From an uncultured Gemmatimonadales bacterium (lineage in GTDB: Bacteria > Gemmatimonadota > Gemmatimonadetes > Gemmatimonadales > GWC2-71-9), in contig CAVSLV010000001.1 of the NCBI GenBank assembly GCA_963728915.1, positions 128,001-192,000 on the forward strand: a stretch of DNA of 64,000 bases, given 5' to 3'. Within the stretch, counting starts at the first letter, position 1; each line of letters opens with the position of its first letter. Positions 9,571 through 19,721 of this stretch are shown here, one piece after another. Both the position numbers and the translations under genes were made by a program. A model generated the notes under the pieces. That model saw only the letters and a program-made list of their open reading frames with translations. It made no database searches and was not told the origin of the DNA.

Positions 9571-10550
9571 TTCTTCTCCGTGGTGGCGGCGAACATTTCC
9601 CGGATCCCTCCCAGGGAGGAGAGCACGCCGGTGGCTTCGTAGGGCAGATAGATCACCTTGTTGCTCTGGGGACTGGTGACCATGTCCTTGAGGGCTTCGA
9701 TGTACCGGATCGCGATCAGATAGCGGGCCGGATCCCCTCCGGTCGCCTGGATGGCGCTGGTGATCCGCTCGATGGCCTTGGCCTCGGCTTCCGCCACCAT
9801 GAGCCGGGAGGCCGCCTCCGCCTCGGCTTCGAGGATCCGGGCCTGTTTCTGCCCTTCGGCCTGGTTGATCTCGGACTGGCGGATGCCTTCCGCCTGGAGG
9901 ATACGGGACTGCTTCTCCGCGTCGGCGGTCAGAATGGTGGCCCGGCGGTCCCGCTCGGCCCGCATCTGTTTTTCCATTGCGTCGCGGATGTCGCGGGGCG
10001 GGTTGATGTCCTTGAGCTCGACCCGGCTCACCTTGGCGCCCCACTTGTGGGTGGCGTCGTCGAGAATGGCGCGGAGCTTGGCGTTGATGGTGTCGCGGGA
10101 GGAGAGGATGTGGTCCAGCTCCATCTCGCCGATCACGTTCCGGAGCGTGGTCTGGGTCAGCTTCTCGATCGCATCGGGCAGGTTGGCGATCTCGTAGGAA
10201 GCCCGAACCGGATCGGTGATCTGGGAATAGATCAGGGCGTCGATCTCGACCACCACGTTGTCCTTGGTGATCACGTTCTGGCTGGGAAAGACGTACACCG
10301 TTTCCCGGAGGTCGATCTTCTCGGTCCGGAAATGGCGAGCCTTTTCACCCACGACCTCGTGCCAGTCGATCGCCCGGGGCTTGTCGATCCAGGGGACAAT
10401 CAGGTTGACCCCGGAGGCCAGGGTCTTGTGATACTTGCCCAGCCGCTCGATCACCATGGTCTGGGCCTGCTGGACGATGCGGATGCCCTTCGCGATCGTG
10501 ACCAGTGCGAACACGGCGATCGCGGCGAGGAGGATTAGCCCGGCCTGCAT
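9567..10550 (-). CDS. SPFH/band 7 protein (QmcA-like)
   Basis: IERLGKY, QNVITKDNV, LTQTTLRNVIG, MEKQMRAER.RRA.IL. Confidence 0.93.
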   Translation of the reverse strand: MQAGLILLAAIAVFALVTIAKGIRIVQQAQTMVIERLGKYHKTLASGVNLIVPWIDKPRAIDWHEVVGEKARHFRTEKIDLRETVYVFPSQNVITKDNVVVEIDALIYSQITDPVRASYEIANLPDAIEKLTQTTLRNVIGEMELDHILSSRDTINAKLRAILDDATHKWGAKVSRVELKDINPPRDIRDAMEKQMRAERDRRATILTADAEKQSRILQAEGIRQSEINQAEGQKQARILEAEAEAASRLMVAEAEAKAIERITSAIQATGGDPARYLIAIRYIEALKDMVTSPQSNKVIYLPYEATGVLSSLGGIREMFAATTEKK

Positions 10551-10553
10551 GGG

Positions 10554-10997
10554 TCAGCTCTCCCTTTCGACAGTCAGAGTGGTTCCTTCCACCTGGATCA
10601 CCGAGACCCGGGTGCCCGGTTCCATCACGGAATCGTCCAGCGCGATGGCGCGCCAGTCCTCGCCTTCGACGATGATCCGGCCGGGCCGGTGCCCCGGCGC
10701 GATCCGTTCGGTGACATACCCGGTGCGGCCCAGCAGAGCATCCACGCCGGTGCGCAGCGCGAGGGCCCCGGAGGGCAGAAAGCGCCGGTTCAGCGCGGGC
10801 CGGAGCCCGGCCAGACTCAGGAGGCTCGCCGCCACGAAGGTGATGCCCTGACTGACGAGTCCGGTAAAGGGTAACAATCCCACCAGGCCCGCGGCCGCGC
10901 AGCCGACCGCCACGCAGGCGAGCCAGAACCCGCTCGTGAACATTTCGGCGATGAGCAGAGCCACCGCTGCGAGCAACCAGAGCAGCCAGGATTCCAC
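10554..10997 (-). CDS. NfeD family protein
   Basis: GTG start with GGAGG RBS; three TM helices then OB fold (GRIIVEGEDWRA); paired with the SPFH gene. Confidence 0.9.
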   Translation of the reverse strand: MESWLLWLLAAVALLIAEMFTSGFWLACVAVGCAAAGLVGLLPFTGLVSQGITFVAASLLSLAGLRPALNRRFLPSGALALRTGVDALLGRTGYVTERIAPGHRPGRIIVEGEDWRAIALDDSVMEPGTRVSVIQVEGTTLTVERES

Positions 10998-11125
10998 GGA
11001 GCCTCCGGACCGGTAATGTAGCGCCGAAGCGGCGAACGACCCCGAGATCACAGTGGTTCGCTGGCGTCGCAGGTCCGGCCCGAATAGGTTCCCGTCGCTC
11101 GTCGAACCATCCTCCGAGGAAGCCC

Positions 11126-14100
11126 CTGATCATTCTTCCGCGTCCCGCGGCGGCGCTCCTGGTCGGCGCGGTGATTCTCACCGGATGCGGAGACCGCGCC
11201 GGCTCCGAGCCCCCATGGCACGACGAAACCGGCTACCGCTGGCGGACCCTTTCGGTGGCGGGTTCCCGCCCCGGCTTCACCACCATGCCCGCCTCGCAGA
11301 CCGGCATCGGGGTCGAGAACCGGGTGCCCGACTCGCTCCTCCTCGCCAACCGGGTCCTGGCCCAGGGGGCCGGGGTCTGCCTGGGCGACGTGGACGAGGA
11401 CGGACGGGTGGACGTGTTCCTGGCCAGCACGCTCGGCCCTAACACGCTCTACCGGAACCTGGGGGACTGGAAATTCGAGGACCGGACCGCGGCGGCGGGA
11501 CTGGCCGCGCCCGGACGGGAGGCATCGGGATGCGCCCTGGCGGATATCAACGGGGACGGGCATCTCGACCTGATCCTGGTGTCGATCACCGGACCGAACG
11601 CGATTTTTCTCAATGACGGGACCGGACATTTCGCCGAGCATCGGGATCTCGGTCTCGATCCGGAAGGGAAGGGGAGCACGACGTTGGCGCTGGCCGACGT
11701 CGATGGCGATGGGTGGCTCGATCTCTACCTCGGCAATTACAAGCCCTACACCCCGGTGGACCGCTACAGCGCGACCGAACGCGCCTTTGGGCACATCACC
11801 CGGCAGATCGGGCCGAATCGCTACGAGGTCAATCCCCCCTTTCAGCGCGATTTCAAGCTCACCGTGCGCCCCGACGTCGGCCTGGCGCTCAGCATGCGGG
11901 CCGAGCCGGACGAGTTCTACCACAATGACGGCACCGGCCACTTCGTGCGGGAGCGCCTGACCGCCGGACGGTTCCGCGATGCCGGGGGCAGGCCCATTGC
12001 CGAGGAGGCGGAGTCGTTCACTCTGACCACCCGTTTCGCCGACCTGAACGGCGACGGCGCGCCCGATCTCTACGTGGTGAACGACTTCGAGGACCCGGAC
12101 CAGTTCTGGCTGAACGACGGGAAGGGAACCTTCCGCCTCGCGCCCTGGACCGCGATCCGCCAGACCAGCAACGCCGCGATGGGAATGGATGTCGCCGATG
12201 TGGATGGGGACGGCACCGCGGACTTCTTTCTGACCGACATGCTCGCCAGCGACAGCCGGCGACGGCGGACCGAGGTGCCGACCCACACGCCGGTACCGAA
12301 ACGTCCCGGACAGATGGAGCTTCAGCTTCAAGAGATGCGGAACACCCTGTTCCTCGGCCGGGGCGACGGGACGTTTGCGGAGGTCGCGGCGGAGGCCGGC
12401 GTGTCCGCGACCGGCTGGTCGTGGGGCGCGCTCTTTCTCGATGTGGACCTGGACGGGCGACCCGATCTCCTGGTGGCGAACGGTCACGCCTGGGACATCA
12501 TGGACGGGGATATCCAGGAGCGCCAGCAGCAGGGCTTCAGCGCGGTCCCGTGGGAGCGGCGCCTGGCGGAGTTCCCCCGACTGGCCCTCCGTAACATCGC
12601 CTTCCGGAACCGGGGCGATTCGACCTTCGAAGAGATGTCCCGCGCCTGGGGGATCGGCGCCGACGAGGACATCTCCCACGCCCTGGCGAGCGCCGATCTG
12701 GATGGGGACGGCGACCAGGACCTCATCGTGGGCCGACTCAACGCACCGCCCCTGGTGCTCCGGAACAATGCGGTCGCTCCCCGGATCGCGGTCCGGCTTC
12801 GGGGCAGCGCCCCTAACACGCGTGCCATCGGCGCCCGGATCCGGGTCACCGGCCCGGGGCTTCCGATCCAGAGCCGGGAGATCACCGCCGGAGGGCTCTA
12901 CCTCTCCCACAGCGACGAGCTGGCCACCTTCGCCACCGAAGCGGCTGATTCGGTTCGGGTGGAGGTCACCTGGCGGGATGGGAGCCGGACCCTCCTCGGG
13001 AACGTGGCGCCGAACCGGCTCTACGAAATCCGGCAGTCTGGAGGTCTGGAGGTCGGAAAGTCGGAAGGTCCTCCTTCGGCCCTCCCGACCCTGTTCGAGG
13101 ACGCGACCAGCCAGCTCGGCGGTCACCGGCACCCCGAGAACCAGTTCGACGACTGGGGTCGCCAGTACCTCCTGCCCGAGGCCCTGTCCGAGCTCGGACC
13201 CGGGGTCGCCTGGTACGACGTGGACCGGAGCGGGTCTGAGAGTCTCATTGTCGGCGCCGGGAGTGGCGGCAAGCCAGCGGTATTCCGCAATCGGAAGGGC
13301 CGCCTGGAACCCGCCCTGCTGGGTCCTGCCGCCCCCGGGGATCTGACCTCGGTGCTGGGGCTGACCGACCGGGCCGGGACCCGCCTCCTCTTCGGGGTGT
13401 CCTCCTGGGAGGGGCGCACCGAGGAGGAGCTCGGCAGGATCCCGGCGGTGGTGGAGGATCGCCTAACCCGCGGCGCTCCGGCTCCCGGCCTGGCCACGCT
13501 GGTGGATCCCGCGGAAGCCTCCATCGGCCCCCTCGCCCTGGGGGACTACACCGGTGACGGCGCGCTGGATCTCTTCGTCGGGGGACGGGTGATTCCGCTG
13601 CGGTATCCCGTGGCCCCGTCGTCCGCGCTGTTTCGGAACGTGGCGGGCCGATTCATCCTCGACACCCTGAACACCCGACTGCTCGAAGGCCTCGGCCTGG
13701 TCACCTCGGCGATGTTCGCGGATCTGAACGGAGATGGCCTGCCCGACCTGGTGGTCGCGCGGGAATGGGCCGCCCCGGCGCTCTTTCTGAACGCGGGCCA
13801 GGGACGGCTCGAGCCCGCTCCTGAGTCGTGGGGCCTCACCCGATGGACAGGACGATGGAACGGCATCGCCGCCGGTGATCTCGACGGCGACGGTAAACTG
13901 GACCTGGTGCTGACGAACTGGGGGCGGAACACCGGGGTGCAAGTCGACTCCGCGAATCCCCTGATCCTGGTCCACGGCGCCTTCGGGGCACGGGGAGAAG
14001 AGGAAATGCTGCTGGCCCAGCAGGATCCCCGCCTGGGACGACCATCGCCCCTCGATGATTACCTCCGGGTTCGGCTCGCCATTCCCTCGCTCGCCGGGCG

Positions 14101-14824
14101 GCTGCGCTCCTTCGGCGCCTGGGCCGATGCGTCGCTCGACCAGGCCCTCGCTGACATCCCGGGCCGGTCCACCCGGCTGGAGGTGAGGACCCTGGATCAC
14201 CTCCTGTTGCTCAATCGAGGCGACCACTTCGACGCTCGTCCGTTGCCCGCTGCGGCGCAGGAGGCTCCGGCGTTCTATGCCGGGATCGCCGATTTCGACG
14301 GCGACGGCAGGGAGGACCTCTTTCTGGGGCAGAACTTCAGCTACACCGTGGTGGGCGCTCCCCGCTACGATGCGGGCCGGGGCCTCCTGCTCAAGGGCGA
14401 CGGCGCCGGCGGACTGACGCCGCTCGGGGGAGCAGAGTCGGGGGTGGTGATCTACGGCGACCAGCGCGGGGCGGGTTATGCCGACTATGACGGCGACGGA
14501 CGGCTCGACCTGGCGGTCTCGCAGAACGGCGCCTCCACCCGGCTGTTCCACAACCGCGGGGCGAAGCCCGGGCTCCGGATCCGGGTGGATGGGGGCCCGG
14601 ACAACCCCGACGGCATTGGAGCGCAAATCCGGCTGGTCTATGCCGGCCGCATGGGCCCGGTGCGGGAGATTCAGGCGGGCAGCGGCTACTGGTCCCAGAA
14701 TGGAGCGGTGCAGGTCTTCGGGCTCTCGGGGACGCCGACCGAGGTATGGATCCGGTGGCCCGGAGGAGAAGAGCGCAGAGTTTCCGTGGCACCCGGCGCC
14801 ACGGAGGTGGTCATTCGCCGGTAG
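11126..14824 (+). CDS. CRTAC1/ASPIC-UnbV family FG-GAP (VCBS) repeat lipoprotein
   Basis: Many D.DGDG..DL repeats and two ASPIC/UnbV-like segments (AIGARI.V..., GIGAQIRL...GSGYWSQ). A full signal peptide needs CTG at 11126; the ORF track start is 11171. Confidence 0.88.
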   Translation: MIILPRPAAALLVGAVILTGCGDRAGSEPPWHDETGYRWRTLSVAGSRPGFTTMPASQTGIGVENRVPDSLLLANRVLAQGAGVCLGDVDEDGRVDVFLASTLGPNTLYRNLGDWKFEDRTAAAGLAAPGREASGCALADINGDGHLDLILVSITGPNAIFLNDGTGHFAEHRDLGLDPEGKGSTTLALADVDGDGWLDLYLGNYKPYTPVDRYSATERAFGHITRQIGPNRYEVNPPFQRDFKLTVRPDVGLALSMRAEPDEFYHNDGTGHFVRERLTAGRFRDAGGRPIAEEAESFTLTTRFADLNGDGAPDLYVVNDFEDPDQFWLNDGKGTFRLAPWTAIRQTSNAAMGMDVADVDGDGTADFFLTDMLASDSRRRRTEVPTHTPVPKRPGQMELQLQEMRNTLFLGRGDGTFAEVAAEAGVSATGWSWGALFLDVDLDGRPDLLVANGHAWDIMDGDIQERQQQGFSAVPWERRLAEFPRLALRNIAFRNRGDSTFEEMSRAWGIGADEDISHALASADLDGDGDQDLIVGRLNAPPLVLRNNAVAPRIAVRLRGSAPNTRAIGARIRVTGPGLPIQSREITAGGLYLSHSDELATFATEAADSVRVEVTWRDGSRTLLGNVAPNRLYEIRQSGGLEVGKSEGPPSALPTLFEDATSQLGGHRHPENQFDDWGRQYLLPEALSELGPGVAWYDVDRSGSESLIVGAGSGGKPAVFRNRKGRLEPALLGPAAPGDLTSVLGLTDRAGTRLLFGVSSWEGRTEEELGRIPAVVEDRLTRGAPAPGLATLVDPAEASIGPLALGDYTGDGALDLFVGGRVIPLRYPVAPSSALFRNVAGRFILDTLNTRLLEGLGLVTSAMFADLNGDGLPDLVVAREWAAPALFLNAGQGRLEPAPESWGLTRWTGRWNGIAAGDLDGDGKLDLVLTNWGRNTGVQVDSANPLILVHGAFGARGEEEMLLAQQDPRLGRPSPLDDYLRVRLAIPSLAGRLRSFGAWADASLDQALADIPGRSTRLEVRTLDHLLLLNRGDHFDARPLPAAAQEAPAFYAGIADFDGDGREDLFLGQNFSYTVVGAPRYDAGRGLLLKGDGAGGLTPLGGAESGVVIYGDQRGAGYADYDGDGRLDLAVSQNGASTRLFHNRGAKPGLRIRVDGGPDNPDGIGAQIRLVYAGRMGPVREIQAGSGYWSQNGAVQVFGLSGTPTEVWIRWPGGEERRVSVAPGATEVVIRR
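13036..13067. repeat. Intragenic tandem repeat, 4 x 8 bp
   Basis: gtctggag gtctggag gtcggaaa gtcggaag, in the linker between the domain blocks of the CRTAC1-like gene. Confidence 0.7.
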
Positions 14825-14839
14825 GCTCCGGGAAGACGG

Positions 14840-15253
14840 TCAGGTCTTCTGGTACAGCAGCACCAGGGTGTCGAACATCTGGCTCAGTCGGCTCTCCCCA
14901 TCCCAGGTGAAGGTGTAGCTCTCTCCATTGTCCGGAACGAGGGTGACGGTTTTCCCCGTGAGGGTCCACGTTCCGCTCGCATCGAGTGGCTGGTCCTGCG
15001 ATTGTCCATCCACCAGCACGGTGAACGTGGTCTGGTCCGTGAAGCTGCCATCCTCATTGAGGGTGACCGTACCCGAGGCGAACGAAACCTGGTTCTGGGG
15101 ATCGGTCGACTCCCAGACATACGGCAGCAACTGCCCGTTGATCGTCCGGAGGGCATAGGTCCCTGCCACCTGGGCCAGCGGGTTCGAGGGTTCCGACGAG
15201 CAGGCGCCGGTAGCGAGTCCGAACGCGAGCAGTACTCCTATCGTGCGTGTCAT
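14840..15253 (-). CDS. Hypothetical lipoprotein (lipocalin-like beta fold)
   Basis: Lipobox ATGAC; AGTYALRTING..LP; GTVTL..DGSF; GTWT. Confidence 0.75.
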   Translation of the reverse strand: MTRTIGVLLAFGLATGACSSEPSNPLAQVAGTYALRTINGQLLPYVWESTDPQNQVSFASGTVTLNEDGSFTDQTTFTVLVDGQSQDQPLDASGTWTLTGKTVTLVPDNGESYTFTWDGESRLSQMFDTLVLLYQKT

Positions 15254-15399
15254 GGCATCCTGTAGCCTTGCAGGTATTGCAGGTCGTCTTCGTCGAGTCG
15301 CACTATATGGACGACACCCTTGCCGAATCCCACCACCTTCGCACGGGCCGGAAGCCGACGCCGGGGCCTGATCTGCCGCGATGAAGGCCGACCACGAGA

Positions 15400-16497
15400 C
15401 TACACATTGAACCGGAACAGGATGACATCACCGTCTTGCACTACATACTCCTTGCCCTCGGCCCTCGCCAAGCCCTGTTCCCGGGCACCCTTCCAGCCGC
15501 CGGTGCGGATGAAGTCCTGGTACGAGACGGTTTCCGCCCGAATGAACCCTTTCTCGAAGTCGGAGTGGATCACGCCGGCGGCCACGGGGGCCTTGTCGCC
15601 GCGATGAATGGTCCAGGCCCGCACTTCCTTCTCACCGGCCGTGAAGTAGCTCATCAGACCGAGCAGGTGGTAGGCCGCATTCACCAGGCGTACCAGCCCC
15701 GATTCCTTGAGATCCATCGCCTCGAGGAATGGTTGGCGCTCTTCGGGGGAAAGCTCGGCCAGCTCGGCCTCCACCTTGGCGGAAAAGGTGACGACCTCGG
15801 CCTCTTCCCCCTCGGCGGCAATCGCCGCGCGGAGCCGGGTGGCGTAACTCTCCGCCGAGGCGATCTCGGCTTCTCCCACGTTGGCGGCGTATAGCACCGG
15901 CTTGGAAGTGAGCAGGTTGAAGCCTCGGACCAGGCCACGCTCTTCCACCTCGATCTTCGCCGAGCGCGCCGGTTTTCCGCTGGAGAGCGCCTCGTGAACC
16001 TGGGTGAGGACCCGGGCCTCGGTTTTCGCCTGAGGATCCGAGCCCTTCGCCGCCCGGGAGGTCTTCTCGAGCCGCTTTTCCACGATCGCGAGATCGGCAA
16101 GCCCCAGCTCGAGATTGATGATCTCGCGATCCCGCACCGGGTCGATGGCGCCCATGGCGTGCTGGATGTCGGGATCCTCGAAACACCGGATCACGTGCAC
16201 GACCGCATCCACCTCGCGGATGGCGCCGAGAAACTGGTTCCCCAGTCCCTCGCCTCGACTGGCTCCCTGGGCCAGGCCGGCAATGTCCACGAACTCCACC
16301 GTCGCGGGAATGGTCTTTTTCGGTTTCACCAGATCGGCGATGGCATCGAGCCGGGGGTCCAGGACCGGCACGATCCCGGAGTTCGGCTCGATGGTGGCGA
16401 AGGGATAGTTCGCGACCGCGGCCTTGGCCGAGGTGAGCGCGTTGAACAGCGTGGATTTGCCGACGTTGGGAAGGCCGACGATGCCGAGACGGAGCAT
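15400..16497 (-). CDS. ychF: Redox-regulated ATPase YchF
   Basis: MLRLGIVGLPNVGKSTLFNALT, ANYPFATIEPN, DIAGL, EGKEYVVQDGD. Confidence 0.98.
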   Translation of the reverse strand: MLRLGIVGLPNVGKSTLFNALTSAKAAVANYPFATIEPNSGIVPVLDPRLDAIADLVKPKKTIPATVEFVDIAGLAQGASRGEGLGNQFLGAIREVDAVVHVIRCFEDPDIQHAMGAIDPVRDREIINLELGLADLAIVEKRLEKTSRAAKGSDPQAKTEARVLTQVHEALSSGKPARSAKIEVEERGLVRGFNLLTSKPVLYAANVGEAEIASAESYATRLRAAIAAEGEEAEVVTFSAKVEAELAELSPEERQPFLEAMDLKESGLVRLVNAAYHLLGLMSYFTAGEKEVRAWTIHRGDKAPVAAGVIHSDFEKGFIRAETVSYQDFIRTGGWKGAREQGLARAEGKEYVVQDGDVILFRFNV

Positions 16498-16499
16498 GC

Positions 16500-17066
16500 C
16501 TATTTGCGATTGTGGAGGTTCATTGCGGTTTCGATCCCCTGATCCATCCAGCATTCCACCGCTTCGCACATGGGTTCGAGCAGGGCATCGAACCCCTTGC
16601 GCTCGCTTCGGGTGAACCGGTCGAGCACGTAGTCCACAAGATCAGCGGGCTGGGGCCTCGGTCCGACACCGATCCGCAGCCGGGCGTAGTCCGGTCCGCC
16701 GAGGACGCTCTCGATGTGCTTGAGCCCGTTGTGTCCCCCCGCGCTTCCCCCGGCGCGGAGCCGGAAGGACCCGAGGTCGAGGGCCACATCATCCACCAGC
16801 ACCAGGAGATCGTGGTCGGGGTTGAACCGCTCATCGTCGGCGAGCGGCAGAAGAGCCGAACCACTTCGATTCATGAAGGTCCAGGGCTTGATCAGCTCGA
16901 ACGGAATCCCGTTGCGGACGCCGCGGGCAATCTGGGCCGGGCCTTCGCGGCGGAACTTGCGGACCTCCCAACGGGCGGCGAGCGCATCGGCCAGCAGAAA
17001 GCCCGCGTTGTGGCGGGTGTCTTCGTATTCGGGGCCCGGGTTGCCGAGCCCCATGACGACGCGCAG
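16500..17066 (-). CDS. pth: Peptidyl-tRNA hydrolase (probable CTG start at 17066)
   Basis: (M)RVVMGLGNPG.EY..TRHNAGF, KP.TFMN.SG, GGHNGLK, RLRIGVG. Confidence 0.96.
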   Translation of the reverse strand: MRVVMGLGNPGPEYEDTRHNAGFLLADALAARWEVRKFRREGPAQIARGVRNGIPFELIKPWTFMNRSGSALLPLADDERFNPDHDLLVLVDDVALDLGSFRLRAGGSAGGHNGLKHIESVLGGPDYARLRIGVGPRPQPADLVDYVLDRFTRSERKGFDALLEPMCEAVECWMDQGIETAMNLHNRK

Positions 17067-17072
17067 AGCGGG

Positions 17073-17798
17073 TTACTCCTTCTCCTTGCCCTTGCTCTTG
17101 GGAGCCTCCTCCTTGCCCTTTGGCTTGGCGCCCTCTTCTCCCTCTTCGCCTTCCTCGCCCTCCTCCTTCGGCTTCCGGATCAGCTCGGGCTCGGCGGTCT
17201 CGGTGGCTTCCGGAGTGGGGGCCGCTACCTCCTCCGCGCGCGGGGCCACGACGGTGCACACCGTTTGCCGCGGGTCGTTCAGGACCTCCACGTTTGGGAA
17301 CTGGAGGTCGGACACGTGGATCGACTGGCCGATATTGAGGGCGGTGACGTCCACGTCGAGGTGCTCGGGGATCTCGGTCGGGAGGACCCGGATTTCGAGG
17401 GTGTGCGCCGTCATGTCGAGCACCCCGCCGAAGTTGCGGACCCCTTCGGGGCTTCCGACGAATTTGATGGGAACCTCGACGCTGATCTTCTCACCGGCGC
17501 GGACCTCGTACAGGTCCAGGTGAATGACGTCCACCGGTCGGACCGGATTCCGCTGCACTTCCCGGATCAGCGCCTTCACGGTGGCGCGGCCGGGGACCTC
17601 CAGATCCACCAGCGTGGTGGCCGCGCCGGCTTCCGAGAGAAAGCGGGTGACCTGAATCGCCTCGAGGGCGAGGGCTTCCGGATCGCGGCCCCTGCCGTAG
17701 ATCACGGCGGGGATTTTCCCGTCGCGGCGGAGCGCCCGTGCGATTCCCTTGCCGGCGCGATCGCGGGGGGAGGCCTGAAGCGTGACTTGGCGTGGCAT
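17073..17798 (-). CDS. rplY: 50S ribosomal protein L25 / general stress protein Ctc
   Basis: ARALRRDGKIPAVIYG; two-domain form with an acidic tail. Confidence 0.96.
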   Translation of the reverse strand: MPRQVTLQASPRDRAGKGIARALRRDGKIPAVIYGRGRDPEALALEAIQVTRFLSEAGAATTLVDLEVPGRATVKALIREVQRNPVRPVDVIHLDLYEVRAGEKISVEVPIKFVGSPEGVRNFGGVLDMTAHTLEIRVLPTEIPEHLDVDVTALNIGQSIHVSDLQFPNVEVLNDPRQTVCTVVAPRAEEVAAPTPEATETAEPELIRKPKEEGEEGEEGEEGAKPKGKEEAPKSKGKEKE

Positions 17799-17814
17799 GG
17801 CTGGAACCTTTCCG

Positions 17815-18774
17815 TTACTCGAACAGCGAGCTGACCGACTGGTCGCTATGGGTGTAGCCGATCGCCTTCGCGAGCAGACCGGCGATCGAAAGAACCTTGA
17901 GCTTGTCGAACTGTTTTTCCGGCGGGATCTGAATCGTATTCGTCACCGCCACCTCCACCACCGGCGCTTCGATAAGCCGCTCCACCGCCGGCCCGGAAAG
18001 CAGGGCGTGGGTGGCGCAGAGGTAAATGTCCTGGGCGCCCAGCCGCTTCAGGGCCCGGGCCGCCTCGCACATCGTTCCGGCGGTATCGATCATGTCGTCC
18101 GGGATGATGCAATCCCGTCCTTCGACTTCCCCAACCACGTTCACCGCTTCCGCCACGTTGGCGGCGGTCCGCCGCTTGTCGATGATGGCGAGGGTTGCAT
18201 CCAGTCGCTTGGCGTAGCCTCGCGCCATCTTGGCCCCGCCCACGTCGCTCGCCACCACGGTCAGGTTCTTCAGGCCCTTCTGCCGGTAGTGCGACGTGAA
18301 CACCGGCGCCGCGTACAGGTGATCGACCGGAAGATCGAAGAAGCCCTGGAGCTGGTGCATGTGAAAATCCATCGCCAGCACTCGATCCGCCCCTGCTCCG
18401 GAGATGATGTTCGCCATCAGCTTGGCACTGATCGCCACCCGGGGCTGGTCTTTCCGATCCTGCCGGGCGTACCCGAAGTAGGGAATGACCGGAGTGACTC
18501 GCGCGGCGCTGGCCCGTCGCGCTGCATCCATGAGCAGCAACAGCTCGATCAGGTTTTCGGCCGGCGGGTTGGTCGGCTGGATGATGTAGACATCCCGCCC
18601 CCTCACGTTCTCGTCGATTTTGACGAAGATCTCGCCGTCCGAGAACCGCCGGATCGTGGCTCGACAGAGCGTGGCGTTGAGCTCCTCCGCCACTTCTTCC
18701 GCCAATGGCCGGTTGGCCGTGCCGGAGAGAAGCAGCATCGGACTCCGAGCGATGGACTCGTTCGGCAGGGCCAT
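17815..18774 (-). CDS. prs: Ribose-phosphate pyrophosphokinase
   Basis: FSDGEIFV, PYFGYARQDRK, DDMIDTAGT. Confidence 0.98.
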   Translation of the reverse strand: MALPNESIARSPMLLLSGTANRPLAEEVAEELNATLCRATIRRFSDGEIFVKIDENVRGRDVYIIQPTNPPAENLIELLLLMDAARRASAARVTPVIPYFGYARQDRKDQPRVAISAKLMANIISGAGADRVLAMDFHMHQLQGFFDLPVDHLYAAPVFTSHYRQKGLKNLTVVASDVGGAKMARGYAKRLDATLAIIDKRRTAANVAEAVNVVGEVEGRDCIIPDDMIDTAGTMCEAARALKRLGAQDIYLCATHALLSGPAVERLIEAPVVEVAVTNTIQIPPEKQFDKLKVLSIAGLLAKAIGYTHSDQSVSSLFE

Positions 18775-18846
18775 AGCCAGATAAAGATAATAGCGACTAG
18801 GGGTTAGGTGCTAGTCGAACGGGCGGACGGCCGGAAAGGCGGACTG

Positions 18847-19701
18847 CTAGCGCGCGGCCAGCCAGCGAAGGACCGCGGTTTCCAGCGCAATCCGATGGTC
18901 CGACCAGGAGTGATCGGTCGGCCGGTGGACCGTGGTGACGTTCGTATTCCCGAGCTCCCGGACTCTCGCCACCAGCGGGTCGGTGTGGGCGGCGAGTCCG
19001 TCATCCGAGGTGAGCACGAGCAGCGGCATCCGAGCCAATCCGCTCGCGGCACGATCGAACCCCCAGCCCGCCGCGCCGCCCCGGAGATCGTCCGCCATGC
19101 TCTGGCCGGTAACCCCGGCGAGTGCTTCCATATTGTCGGCCATGAAGGCCGCGAGCGAATCGCGCTGCATCCCACCCACCCGCCCCAGATCGGCCGCCGA
19201 GATCAGGATCGCGCCCACCAGCTCGGGATGCTTTGCCGCGATCAGCGCGGTCACCCACCCTCCCATGCTGTGTCCGGCGAGCACGATGCGCCGCGGGTTA
19301 ATCCCGTACTGCGCTGCATTCGCGCTGTCCCGCAGGAACGCCAGAACCGCCTCGGCGTCCTCCAGGTTGTTGCCGAACCGGAACTGACCCGGGCTGCCCC
19401 AGGACCCGCGGTAGTTGAACGTGACGGCGTTCCAACCGGCTCGGCGGATCGCCTGGGCGAGATCGAGGTTCTTCTCGTTCCCGGGGAGCCCATGGCAGAG
19501 AATGACGGTCGGATGGCGGCCGCCACCGGAGGCGAGATAGGCGACCCCATTGATGTTCACGCCCCCGCTCGGGATGTGAAGCACCTCCATCCGGGCCGGG
19601 TGCACGCTGTCTCTGGCCGGATCGGCCGAAATCGCCGGGGGAGCCTGGGCGCAAAGGGTCGAGGCAGACAGGAGCACGCCGCAGCAAAGGAATCGCTTCA
19701 T
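18847..19701 (-). CDS. Secreted alpha/beta hydrolase
   Basis: Signal peptide MKRFLCCGVLL; HGLPG, NYRGSWGS, GHSMGG nucleophile motif. Confidence 0.88.
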   Translation of the reverse strand: MKRFLCCGVLLSASTLCAQAPPAISADPARDSVHPARMEVLHIPSGGVNINGVAYLASGGGRHPTVILCHGLPGNEKNLDLAQAIRRAGWNAVTFNYRGSWGSPGQFRFGNNLEDAEAVLAFLRDSANAAQYGINPRRIVLAGHSMGGWVTALIAAKHPELVGAILISAADLGRVGGMQRDSLAAFMADNMEALAGVTGQSMADDLRGGAAGWGFDRAASGLARMPLLVLTSDDGLAAHTDPLVARVRELGNTNVTTVHRPTDHSWSDHRIALETAVLRWLAAR

Positions 19702-19721
19702 GGCTCGATCCGGGAAGAGGG

